Shown here: in pieces, positions 49,376-57,575 of the stretch
How positions within the stretch are numbered: the stretch's first letter is position 1
Layout: each line of letters begins with the position of its first letter
Source of the DNA: Clostridia bacterium
Lineage (GTDB): Bacteria > CBDUZB01 > JAGLHV01
NCBI GenBank assembly: GCA_030637025.1
Contig: DAOVVV010000008.1
Location: 5,802-69,801, forward strand
Direction: 5' to 3'
Length of the DNA: 64,000 nucleotides
Made by a program: the position numbers and the translations under genes
The notes under the pieces: generated by a model
Told to the model about the DNA's origin: nothing
The model's database searches: none
What the model saw: the letters and a program-made list of their open reading frames with translations, nothing else

Positions 49376-49960
49376 ATGATTTACCAAGGTATAAAGTTTA
49401 AAACTAAAATTATCAATAAAGAAATTCCAAAACATCCCGGACTGGAAGAGTTAAAATACTGGTGTAGGGAATTTCACAAGTTTCATCTGGCACCACCATA
49501 TAGTGGTGGTTCTTATGGTAATTTAAGTTTTCGGGTAAAAAAGGGGGAGGATTCTTTTATAATTACCGGGTCCAAAATCGGTTTAAAAGAAAAATTATCC
49601 GATGATTGTTTTGTAAAAGTTCTCTCATCTAATTTAAAAGCAAAAACTATTTTTATCTCAGGCATAAAAGAACCTTCTTCTGAAAGCAAGCTTCATTTAG
49701 CTATTTACCGGCAAAGAAAAGATATAAATGCCATATTTCACGGACATTGCAAAAAAATTTTATCTAATGCAGACAGATTAAAAATACCCCAAACCCAAAA
49801 AGAAGAACTCTATGGAACAATGGAATTAGTTCAGAGGGTTTTGGAGATATTAGATGATAAATCTTTCCTGATAATGAAAAATCATGGATTTATTTCTTTA
49901 GGTAAAACAATGGAGAAAGCAGGAAAATTAGCTTTGGAAATTCATAAAAAATGTTTATAA
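49376..49960 (+). CDS. class II aldolase/adducin-family protein (MtnB dehydratase or Ald2-type methylthioribulose-1-P aldolase)
   Basis: Class II aldolase fold with metal-binding His residues (HGHC, KNHG). Adjacent to mtnA. Confidence 0.6.
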   Translation: MIYQGIKFKTKIINKEIPKHPGLEELKYWCREFHKFHLAPPYSGGSYGNLSFRVKKGEDSFIITGSKIGLKEKLSDDCFVKVLSSNLKAKTIFISGIKEPSSESKLHLAIYRQRKDINAIFHGHCKKILSNADRLKIPQTQKEELYGTMELVQRVLEILDDKSFLIMKNHGFISLGKTMEKAGKLALEIHKKCL

Positions 49961-49976
49961 AAAAGGAGGAATAATT

Positions 49977-50378
49977 ATGCGAGTAGCAATATCTACAGAT
50001 GCAGACTCTGTATCTGCTCATTTTGGTCGATGTCCGTCTTTTACTATTGTGGACATTGAAGAGGGGAAGATTATAAAAAAAGAAGTTATTGATAATCCGG
50101 GGCATCATCCCGGGTTTATCCCGCAGTTTTTAAACGAAAAAGGGGTTAAATGTATTGTTGCCGGGGGTATGGGAATGAGAGCAACCGGACTTTTTAATGA
50201 ATTCGGTATTCAGACTATTATCGGTATAAGTGGAAAAATTGATGAAGTTATCGATAAACTACAAAAAGGGACCCTGCAAAGCGGTGAAAGTCTATGCCGG
50301 CCTGGTGCAGGAAAGGGTTATGGTTTGGATAAAACTGAATGTAACCACCCTGCCGAAGATGATTGTGACCACAAATAA
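49977..50378 (+). CDS. NifX/NifB-C-terminal-like dinitrogenase FeMo-cofactor-binding-fold protein with Cys/His-rich tail
   Basis: MRVAISTD...HFGRCPSFTIVDIEEGK pattern of PF02579. The tail CRPGAGKGYGLDKTECNHPAEDDCDHK is Cys/His-rich. Confidence 0.6.
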   Translation: MRVAISTDADSVSAHFGRCPSFTIVDIEEGKIIKKEVIDNPGHHPGFIPQFLNEKGVKCIVAGGMGMRATGLFNEFGIQTIIGISGKIDEVIDKLQKGTLQSGESLCRPGAGKGYGLDKTECNHPAEDDCDHK

Positions 50379-50441
50379 AAGAAAAATTCAAGATAAAAAA
50401 ATCCGGATATAAAAATAAGCAACAGAATAATAGGGGGAATT

Positions 50442-51044
50442 TTGGAAAAAGAGGTAATAGAAAACCATCAACGGTATTTAGAGAGAATAAATGTTTATAA
50501 AAAATTTGGCTATGATAATGAAAAAGAAAGGGATTTTATTATCCAAAAAGCACAACCTATAGGTGGTCGTATATTAGAGGTTGGCACAGGGAAGGGACAT
50601 CTAAGCATTGCTTTAGCCAAGAAGGGCTATAGCTTTGTTAGTGTTGATATTTCAAAAGAAGAGCAAGAGTTTGCCCAACTGAGCATTCAATATTTAGAGT
50701 TGAATAAACAAGTAGATTTTAAAATAGAAAGTGCCAAACATTTAAATTTTGACAACGGAAGCTTTGATACAATTATTTCCGTTAATTTAGTTCATCACCT
50801 TACAAATTTGTTTGAAGTTGTAGATGAATGGCTCCGAATTGTTTCTTCGGACGGTAAGATTATTTTAAGTGATTTTACCCGGGAGGGGCTGGAAGTAATC
50901 GATAAAGTTCATTTAAATGAAGGAAGAAAACACCCTGTTGGTGAAATTAATTTAACAGATATAGATAATTACTTAATAGCAAAAAAAATCAGGGTAGAAA
51001 AGTATAGAAGCAAATTTCAGGAAATATCGATAATAAAAATTTAG
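50442..51044 (+). CDS. class I SAM-dependent methyltransferase (TTG start)
   Basis: Motif I ILEVGTGKGHLSIALAKKG and post-I DIS. RBS tagggggaa. Confidence 0.65.
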   Translation: MEKEVIENHQRYLERINVYKKFGYDNEKERDFIIQKAQPIGGRILEVGTGKGHLSIALAKKGYSFVSVDISKEEQEFAQLSIQYLELNKQVDFKIESAKHLNFDNGSFDTIISVNLVHHLTNLFEVVDEWLRIVSSDGKIILSDFTREGLEVIDKVHLNEGRKHPVGEINLTDIDNYLIAKKIRVEKYRSKFQEISIIKI

Positions 51045-51052
51045 GGTTAAGA

Positions 51053-51631
51053 ATGAATATACTGGCAATTAACGGTAGTCCGAAAAAAAATGGGAAGATA
51101 AGTAGAATAGTTAAGGAAATCATAAAAGGAGCATCAGAAGAAAACAATAAATGTGAAATTTTATATTTATCAGATATTAAAAACATAAATGATTGTAAGG
51201 GTTGTATGCAATGCCAGGAACAAGGAAAATGCATAATAAGAGATGATATTCTGATTGTTGAAGAGGCGATAAAAAGAAATGAAGTAATAATATTTGCTAC
51301 GCCAACACACTGGGGAAATGTTTCCGGAATAATGCTGCGAATGATAGAACGATTATTCGGTTTTTTAATCGAAGAAAAACCATTAGGATTTCCTGTTGCT
51401 AAGGCAGGAAAGGGAAAGAAGGCTATATTGGTTACTGCCTGCAGTACATCCTGGCCGTTTAATTGGATATTTAATCAATCACGAGCTTGTTTTGGCCGGT
51501 TAAAGGAAGTTTGTAAATACAGCGGCATAAAGATAATAAAAACTTTTACTTTGCCTGGAACAACAAAGATGGATAAAATACCGCAAAAATATTTAATTAA
51601 AGCTTTTATGCTCGGAAGAAAGATTAAATAA
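51053..51631 (+). CDS. iron-sulfur flavoprotein (Isf) of the NADPH-dependent FMN reductase family
   Basis: Flavodoxin-like fold with the compact CxxCxxCx5C motif (CKGCMQCQEQGKC) characteristic of Isf. Confidence 0.6.
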   Translation: MNILAINGSPKKNGKISRIVKEIIKGASEENNKCEILYLSDIKNINDCKGCMQCQEQGKCIIRDDILIVEEAIKRNEVIIFATPTHWGNVSGIMLRMIERLFGFLIEEKPLGFPVAKAGKGKKAILVTACSTSWPFNWIFNQSRACFGRLKEVCKYSGIKIIKTFTLPGTTKMDKIPQKYLIKAFMLGRKIK

Positions 51632-51697
51632 AAATATGTTTTATTTTTTTATTGACAAATGATATTAATTTAGTATCATAAAGTAAAGGAGACAAAC

Positions 51698-52099
51698 ATG
51701 ATGCTGATTAACAGGGATACAGACTATGCCGTTAGGGCCCTTTGTTTTATTGCGCAGAGTAAAAAAAACAAAGTGTCAGTTGGTGAATTAGTGAAAGAGT
51801 TAAAAATACCCAGGCCCTTTTTAAGAAAGATACTTCAAATTTTAAACAAGAAAAAAATGCTCAAATCATCCAAAGGACCACACGGTGGCTTTATCCTGGC
51901 TAAACCCGGCAATAAAATCCTTTTAACTGATTTAATGAAAATCTTCCAGGGGGTGCTAAAACTAAATAAATGTATTTTTAAAAAACAAGTTTGTCCGAAC
52001 ATGAAAACTTGTAAACTCAAAAAGAAAATTGACAAAATAGAAAAACATGTTATTTCCGAATTAAAAGGCATTACATTAGAACAGTTATCAGAAAAATAA
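51698..52099 (+). CDS. Rrf2-family transcriptional regulator with Cx6Cx5C putative Fe-S ligands
   Basis: N-terminal wHTH (DYAVRALCFIAQ...VSVGELVKELKIP) and a C-terminal CIFKKQVCPNMKTC cluster. Confidence 0.8.
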   Translation: MMLINRDTDYAVRALCFIAQSKKNKVSVGELVKELKIPRPFLRKILQILNKKKMLKSSKGPHGGFILAKPGNKILLTDLMKIFQGVLKLNKCIFKKQVCPNMKTCKLKKKIDKIEKHVISELKGITLEQLSEK

Positions 52100-52117
52100 A
52101 GATATAAAGGGATAAAA

Positions 52118-53167
52118 ATGGATACACTAAAAATTGCTTTTTTTGATACAAAACCATATGACCAAAAATTTTTTGATCTGGTAAATAGCGATTATAATTT
52201 TGAACTAAAATATTTCAAAAATCACTTAAGCAAAGAAACTGTTGAACAGGTGCAAGGATTTAACGTCGTATGTGCATTCGTTAACGATACTGTTGACAAA
52301 GATGTTATAAGGATACTAAAACAAGAAGGTGTTAAATTAATTGCTTTGCGTTGTGCCGGATATAACAACGTTGATTTAAGAGCGGCATTTAAAAATATTC
52401 ATATTATGCGCGTACCGGAATATTCTCCTTATGCAGTTGCTGAACATGCGGTAGCCTTGATGTTGGGATTAAACAGAAAAATCTATCGGGCTTATTATCG
52501 TACCCGGGATAATAATTTTAGTATCAACGGATTACTCGGTTTTGATATGCACGGCAAAACAGCAGGCATTATCGGAACAGGAAAAATCGGAAAATGTCTG
52601 ATTTCTATTCTTAAAGGCTTTGGGATGAATATTATTTGTTTTGATCTTCATCCGGATGAGTCATATGCAAAGGCTGTGGGGATTAATTATGTTCCTCTTG
52701 CTCAGCTTTATAGTCAATCGAATATTATTTCTTTACATTGTCCCTTAACCCCTCAAACCCAGTATATGATTAATCATGAAAGTATTGCCCAAATGAAAGA
52801 GGGAATAATGATTATAAATACGGGTAGGGGAAAATTGATTAAGACACAGGCATTGATAGAGGGTCTTAAAAGCGGAAAAATCGGGGGAGCGGGGCTTGAT
52901 GTATATGAGGAAGAAAGTAATTACTTTTTCGAGGACTTTTCTGCTTCAATGATCAGTGACGATGTATTAGCACGGCTACTGACTTTTTCCAATGTGCTGA
53001 TAACTTCCCATCAGGGTTTTTTTACCAAAGAAGCATTGACTAATATAGCTCAGACAACTTTTGATAATATTGTTGAATTTTTTAACGGCGGATATTTAAA
53101 AAATGAGATTTGTTATCATTGCGGAGAAACATGTATAAAAAAAGATAAAAAACGTTGTTTTGATTAA
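52118..53167 (+). CDS. ldhA: D-lactate dehydrogenase (D-2-hydroxyacid dehydrogenase, LdhA-like)
   Basis: Collinear similarity to E. coli LdhA (ALRCAGYNNVDL; RAYYRTRDNNFSINGLLGFDMHGKTAGIIGTGKIG). Extra C-terminal Cys-rich tail. Confidence 0.85.
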   Translation: MDTLKIAFFDTKPYDQKFFDLVNSDYNFELKYFKNHLSKETVEQVQGFNVVCAFVNDTVDKDVIRILKQEGVKLIALRCAGYNNVDLRAAFKNIHIMRVPEYSPYAVAEHAVALMLGLNRKIYRAYYRTRDNNFSINGLLGFDMHGKTAGIIGTGKIGKCLISILKGFGMNIICFDLHPDESYAKAVGINYVPLAQLYSQSNIISLHCPLTPQTQYMINHESIAQMKEGIMIINTGRGKLIKTQALIEGLKSGKIGGAGLDVYEEESNYFFEDFSASMISDDVLARLLTFSNVLITSHQGFFTKEALTNIAQTTFDNIVEFFNGGYLKNEICYHCGETCIKKDKKRCFD

Positions 53168-53375
53168 AATTGTAATAAAGGGTAATGTCAAAAATAAAAT
53201 GATAAATACTCAGAGAAGGGTTATAAATAAAAAAGAATTTTTTCATAATGTAGGACGGAAAGCGTATAATCTATACTTTGGATACTTCCATAAGAAAAGG
53301 TTTAATTGATAATTGGAAAGAGTATGTGTTTAAATGTTCGTTGGATTTTGATTTAGAAGGAATTATTAAATAAAA

Positions 53376-53403
53376 ACGCAGGCTAAAGCCTGCGACTACC
53401 AAA
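53376..53403. repeat. half-copy of the palindromic element (cgcaggctaaagcctgcgactacca) abutting the RBS of the 53419 gene
   Basis: The 16-bp hairpin gcaggctaaagcctgc lies 10 nt upstream of AAAGGAGG. Confidence 0.5.
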
Positions 53404-53418
53404 GAAAGGAGGAAAAGT

Positions 53419-53928
53419 ATGCAAGTGTATCGTTGTCGTGTATGTGGAGAAGTGTATATCGGAGATGAAAAACCCACAAGTTGTCCTTTTTGCGGTGCTC
53501 ATGAGGGGTATTTTGTTTTAGCTAAAGAATGGAAATTAATACATAGTGAGGTCTTATCCGATACAAGTAAAGAAAATTTAAAAAAAGCATTGGATTTGGA
53601 AATAAATAATACTAATTTTTACAAAGCCGCTTCGGAAAAAAGCAAAGATGTACATTTTTCCAGTATGTTTAAAGGTTTGTCCAAGGTGGAAAGAGAGCAT
53701 GCTTCAACTATATGTAAACATCTTAGAATAGCCAAACCGGAATCGAGTGTAGGAGCGGATAAGGCAGTTGATTCCGACCGGGCAAATATAGAAGAAGCTA
53801 ATCGCAGGGAAAAAAGTGCGGTTAAATTTTATGGGGAAGCAATTAATCAGGCACCGGAAGAAGCCATTAAAGAGTTTTTTAAAGCATTAATGCAGATAGA
53901 ATCAGACCATATAGCTTTAACCGACTAA
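53419..53928 (+). CDS. reverse rubrerythrin-like protein (N-terminal rubredoxin-like CxxC...CxxC + C-terminal ferritin-like diiron domain)
   Basis: N-terminal CRVCGEVY...CPFCGA and C-terminal E...ExxH ferritin-like helices. Confidence 0.65.
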   Translation: MQVYRCRVCGEVYIGDEKPTSCPFCGAHEGYFVLAKEWKLIHSEVLSDTSKENLKKALDLEINNTNFYKAASEKSKDVHFSSMFKGLSKVEREHASTICKHLRIAKPESSVGADKAVDSDRANIEEANRREKSAVKFYGEAINQAPEEAIKEFFKALMQIESDHIALTD

Positions 53929-53939
53929 AAATATTTAAG

Positions 53940-54091
53940 AGTTATGCAAAATACAATATTCTGCCTGCCCGCCAGTCTTTAAGGAGGGTCATTCCGCACT
54001 TGATGCGGAATCTATAATGTTTTTAAATATCAATAGATTCCTGCTTTCGCAGGAATGACAAAAAAGATAAAAAGCTATTTTGCAGAAGTTT
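53940..54091 (+). mobile_element. MITE-like composite repeat copy (TIRs agagttatgc / gcagaagttt)
   Basis: Near-identical to 254-396 and 16784-16924. Its 3' end lies 29 nt before the dfx ATG. Confidence 0.6.
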
Positions 54092-54120
54092 AAAAAATCT
54101 TTAATAAAGGAGGGAAGAAG

Positions 54121-54501
54121 ATGACTAAATTAAGAGAGCTTTACCGTTGTAATATTTGTGGAAATGTTGTGGAAATAACCCATGAAGGGGCACCGGCACT
54201 GGTATGTTGTAATCAGCCAATGGTAAAACTGGAGGCCAAAACCGAGGATACCGGAAGCGAAAAACATGTTCCGGTAATAGAAGAAATCGATGGTGGAACC
54301 ACCATAAAAGTAGGAAGTATTGCCCATCCTATGGAGGAAAAACACTATATCAAATTTATCGAAGTCCTGACCAAGGATAAAGTTTTACGGATAGAATTAA
54401 AACCCGGACAAAATCCCGAGGTTCAATCTTGTGTATCAAAAGAGGATATATTAGAAGTACGGGAATTTTGTACTGTACATGGCCTATGGAAGAATAAATA
54501 A
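54121..54501 (+). CDS. dfx: desulfoferrodoxin (2Fe superoxide reductase)
   Basis: Domain I CxxC-x15-CC (CNICGN...VCCNQPM). Domain II carries the SOR His/Cys ligands. Confidence 0.85.
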   Translation: MTKLRELYRCNICGNVVEITHEGAPALVCCNQPMVKLEAKTEDTGSEKHVPVIEEIDGGTTIKVGSIAHPMEEKHYIKFIEVLTKDKVLRIELKPGQNPEVQSCVSKEDILEVREFCTVHGLWKNK

Positions 54502-54546
54502 AAAGGCTAAAATCTTTTAACTATTAATCTAAAGGAGGAATTTAAA

Positions 54547-55122
54547 ATGGGAAGTATAAAAGGAACAAAAACAGAAAAAAATCTTTTGGCATCTTTTGCC
54601 GGAGAATCACAAGCAAGAAATCGTTATACTTATTTTTCTTCTGTCGCCAGAAAAGAAGGATATGAACAAATAGCAGCGATATTCTTAGAAACTGCGGACA
54701 ATGAAAAGGAACATGCTAAAAGATTCTTTAAATTCCTGGAAGGCGGGGAAATAGAAATTGCAGCAAGCTATCCTGCCGGAGTTATTAATGATACCGCAGC
54801 TAATCTGGAAGCTGCCGCAGCAGGGGAAAATATGGAATGGACCAAACTTTATAAAGAAGCGGAAAAAACGGCCGGAGAGGAAGGATTTGAAGAAATAGCT
54901 GATTTATTTAAAGAAATAGCTGAAGTAGAAGAAGAGCATGAAAAACGCTACCGAAAATTACTTAAAAATATAAAAGAATGCAAGGTTTTTCAAAAAGATA
55001 CCGTGGTTAAATGGAAATGCCGCAATTGTGGATATGTTCACGAAGGAAAAGAGGCCCCTCAACTATGCCCGGCTTGTGCCCATCCGCAAAGTTATTACGA
55101 ATTGCTCTGTGAAAATTATTAA
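54547..55122 (+). CDS. rbr: rubrerythrin
   Basis: N-terminal diiron four-helix bundle (ExxH x2) and a C-terminal rubredoxin domain (CRNCGY...CPAC). Confidence 0.9.
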   Translation: MGSIKGTKTEKNLLASFAGESQARNRYTYFSSVARKEGYEQIAAIFLETADNEKEHAKRFFKFLEGGEIEIAASYPAGVINDTAANLEAAAAGENMEWTKLYKEAEKTAGEEGFEEIADLFKEIAEVEEEHEKRYRKLLKNIKECKVFQKDTVVKWKCRNCGYVHEGKEAPQLCPACAHPQSYYELLCENY

Positions 55123-55145
55123 AAATCTTCTCAAAGGAGAACAAA

Positions 55146-55376
55146 ATGGAGATAAAGATTTATTCTACACCAACCTGTCCTTATTGCAAAATGGCTAAAG
55201 AATATCTTTCTTCTAAAGGGATTGCTTACCAGGATTTAGATATTTCTGCTAATAATGTTGATAAGGAAGAAATGCTAAAAGTATCAGGACAAATGGGGGT
55301 TCCTGTTATCGTGATTAACAGTGAAGTAATTGTTGGATTTGACCGAGCCCGTATAGATTCTCTTATCGGTAAATAA
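55146..55376 (+). CDS. glutaredoxin-like / NrdH-like small redoxin
   Basis: CPYC active site in a 76-aa thioredoxin fold. Confidence 0.7.
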   Translation: MEIKIYSTPTCPYCKMAKEYLSSKGIAYQDLDISANNVDKEEMLKVSGQMGVPVIVINSEVIVGFDRARIDSLIGK

Positions 55377-55391
55377 AAAGAGGATATTTTT

Positions 55392-56306
55392 ATGAGTAAA
55401 ATTTATGATTTAATAATTTTAGGAGCAGGTCCTGCCGGAATAACTGCTGCGGTGTATGCAGCAAGAAAGAAATTAGATTTTTTGTTAATTACTTTGGATA
55501 TCGGCGGTCAGGCTGCGTTAAGCGGATATATTAAAAATTATACCGGTTATCAGTTTATTAGCGGACCGGAACTTGCTTTAAAATTTCAGGAACATATGAA
55601 TTCTTTTGCAATAGAAATAAAAATGCCGGAAAGAGTAAAGGAAATAAAACAGGAAAATAATTTAATAAAAACAATCACCGAAAAGGAAACGTATGGGTCA
55701 AAAACTCTCATTGTGGCTACCGGAAAACGGTCAAGGGAATTAAATGTAGAAGGAGAAAAGGAGTTTAAAAACAAAGGAGTTACTTATTGTGCTACTTGCG
55801 ACGGACCTATATTTAAAGAAAAAAATGTAGCGATAATCGGGGGGGGAAACTCCGGGCTGGATGCCGCCCTGCAAATGATGAAAATTTCTCCCAAAGTATA
55901 TTTAATTAATGCCACAGCCCAACTTACCGGTGATGAGGTAATGATAGAAAAAGTAAAAGAAGCCGATAATGTGGAAATATGGAATAATTCTCAAGTAAAG
56001 AAAATTTACGGGAATGTTTTTGTAAGAGGAATAGAAATAGATAAAGAAGGTAAATTATACAATTTTAATGTAGAAGGCATTTTTGTAGAAATTGGTTTGA
56101 TTCCCAGCTCGGAATTTGCTAATTGTCTAAAACAAAATCAGTGGAAAGAAATACTTATTGATTGTTATAATAAAACAAGTATAGAGGGTATTTTCGCTGC
56201 AGGAGATGTGACTAATGTACCGGAAAAACAAATTATTATTGCTTGCGGCGAAGGTTCTAAATCTTGTTTGTCAGCCTTTAAATATTTATCAACCCGTAAA
56301 TTCTAG
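55392..56306 (+). CDS. thioredoxin reductase-like FAD/NAD(P) disulfide oxidoreductase
   Basis: GAGPAG FAD motif, CATC redox-active disulfide, GGGNSG NADPH motif. Confidence 0.75.
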   Translation: MSKIYDLIILGAGPAGITAAVYAARKKLDFLLITLDIGGQAALSGYIKNYTGYQFISGPELALKFQEHMNSFAIEIKMPERVKEIKQENNLIKTITEKETYGSKTLIVATGKRSRELNVEGEKEFKNKGVTYCATCDGPIFKEKNVAIIGGGNSGLDAALQMMKISPKVYLINATAQLTGDEVMIEKVKEADNVEIWNNSQVKKIYGNVFVRGIEIDKEGKLYNFNVEGIFVEIGLIPSSEFANCLKQNQWKEILIDCYNKTSIEGIFAAGDVTNVPEKQIIIACGEGSKSCLSAFKYLSTRKF

Positions 56307-56314
56307 AGGATAAT

Positions 56315-57358
56315 ATGCAAATTATCTTAAATATTATTAAAGAAGCATATTTTTTATTAAACCAAATGTCAGTATATCTGGTTTTTGGTTTTTTATTTGC
56401 CGGGATTTTACATATTTTTATACGAGAAGAAATAATTGCTAAACATCTGGGTAAAAATAATTTTCTGTCGGTAATAAAAGCATCTCTATTTGGTATTCCT
56501 TTACCTCTTTGCTCCTGTGGGGTAATTCCTGCAGCGTTGTCTTTACGCAAAAGCGGAGCAAGCAGGGGGGCGGTACTTTCTTTTTTGATTTCCACTCCCA
56601 CCACCGGAATTGATTCTATTTTTGCTACCTACGCTTTGCTGGGTGGAGTTTTTACTGTTTATCGGGTATTGGCTTCTTTTGTCATTGCCGTATTTGCCGG
56701 GATATTGGCCAATTTATTTTTAAAAAAAGAAGAGCCCCCTTTTAATTCCAGCGATAATAAATATAAGTGCAAACTTTGTCATAATAATGAGCATTCTCCG
56801 TTAAAACATAGTATTTCAAAGAGAATTAAAGGTGTTTTTACTTACGCCTTTGGCGATCTTTTAGGGGATGTTAGTAAATGGCTGCTAATCGGTATTTTAA
56901 TTGGCGGAATAATATCATATCTTATTCCGGAAACATTGGTTATGCGTTATCTTGGCTCCGGATGGCAATCGATATTTATTATGCTTTTGGTGGGAATACC
57001 AATGTATGTATGTTCTTCCGGTTCCCTGCCTATAGCAGCAGCATTAATCTTAAAAGGAATGAACCCCGGAGCAGCCTTTGTCTTTCTTTTAGCCGGTCCG
57101 GCTACAAATTCAGTAGCTCTCACCGTTATTGCTAATCAGTTTGGAAAAAAAACTGTTTTTATTTTTTTAATTTCAATTATCGGATGCGGGCTGGGATTGG
57201 GTTTTTTGTTAAATTATGTATGGGGTTTTTTAAATATTGATATCACCCAACACATAGCACAGCATACTGCTATGATTCCTTTCTGGATGAGCACCATAGC
57301 CAGTATTTTTTTATTATCAGGTATGTTATTTAATATCATCAAACAAAAAAAACAATAA
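56315..57358 (+). CDS. permease of the DUF318/YraQ (ArsP-like) family with CSCG motif
   Basis: Eight or more TM segments. PLCSCGVIPAALSL is characteristic of the family. Confidence 0.55.
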   Translation: MQIILNIIKEAYFLLNQMSVYLVFGFLFAGILHIFIREEIIAKHLGKNNFLSVIKASLFGIPLPLCSCGVIPAALSLRKSGASRGAVLSFLISTPTTGIDSIFATYALLGGVFTVYRVLASFVIAVFAGILANLFLKKEEPPFNSSDNKYKCKLCHNNEHSPLKHSISKRIKGVFTYAFGDLLGDVSKWLLIGILIGGIISYLIPETLVMRYLGSGWQSIFIMLLVGIPMYVCSSGSLPIAAALILKGMNPGAAFVFLLAGPATNSVALTVIANQFGKKTVFIFLISIIGCGLGLGFLLNYVWGFLNIDITQHIAQHTAMIPFWMSTIASIFLLSGMLFNIIKQKKQ

Positions 57359-57434
57359 TTTTATTAATTGTATTGCAAACAATAACAAAAGCTTGTATAA
57401 TGCACTACATGTAAAAAAAAAGGAAAATCTAATT

Positions 57435-57506
57435 ATGATGGTAATTATTGTATTAATATTAATTATTATTGGGATCATTTTGTTTTTACAACAAAAGAAG
57501 GATTAG
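57435..57506 (+). CDS. candidate 23-aa hydrophobic micropeptide (MMVIIVLILIIIGIILFLQQKKD)
   Basis: AAGGAAAA RBS 9 nt upstream and a single TM helix. Upstream of nox. Confidence 0.2.
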   Translation: MMVIIVLILIIIGIILFLQQKKD

Positions 57507-57575
57507 CTTTTTCCCTGGCATTCTCATATTTATTTTTAAATTTTAAATAAAATAATAGGAAGGAGTAAATTGTAG

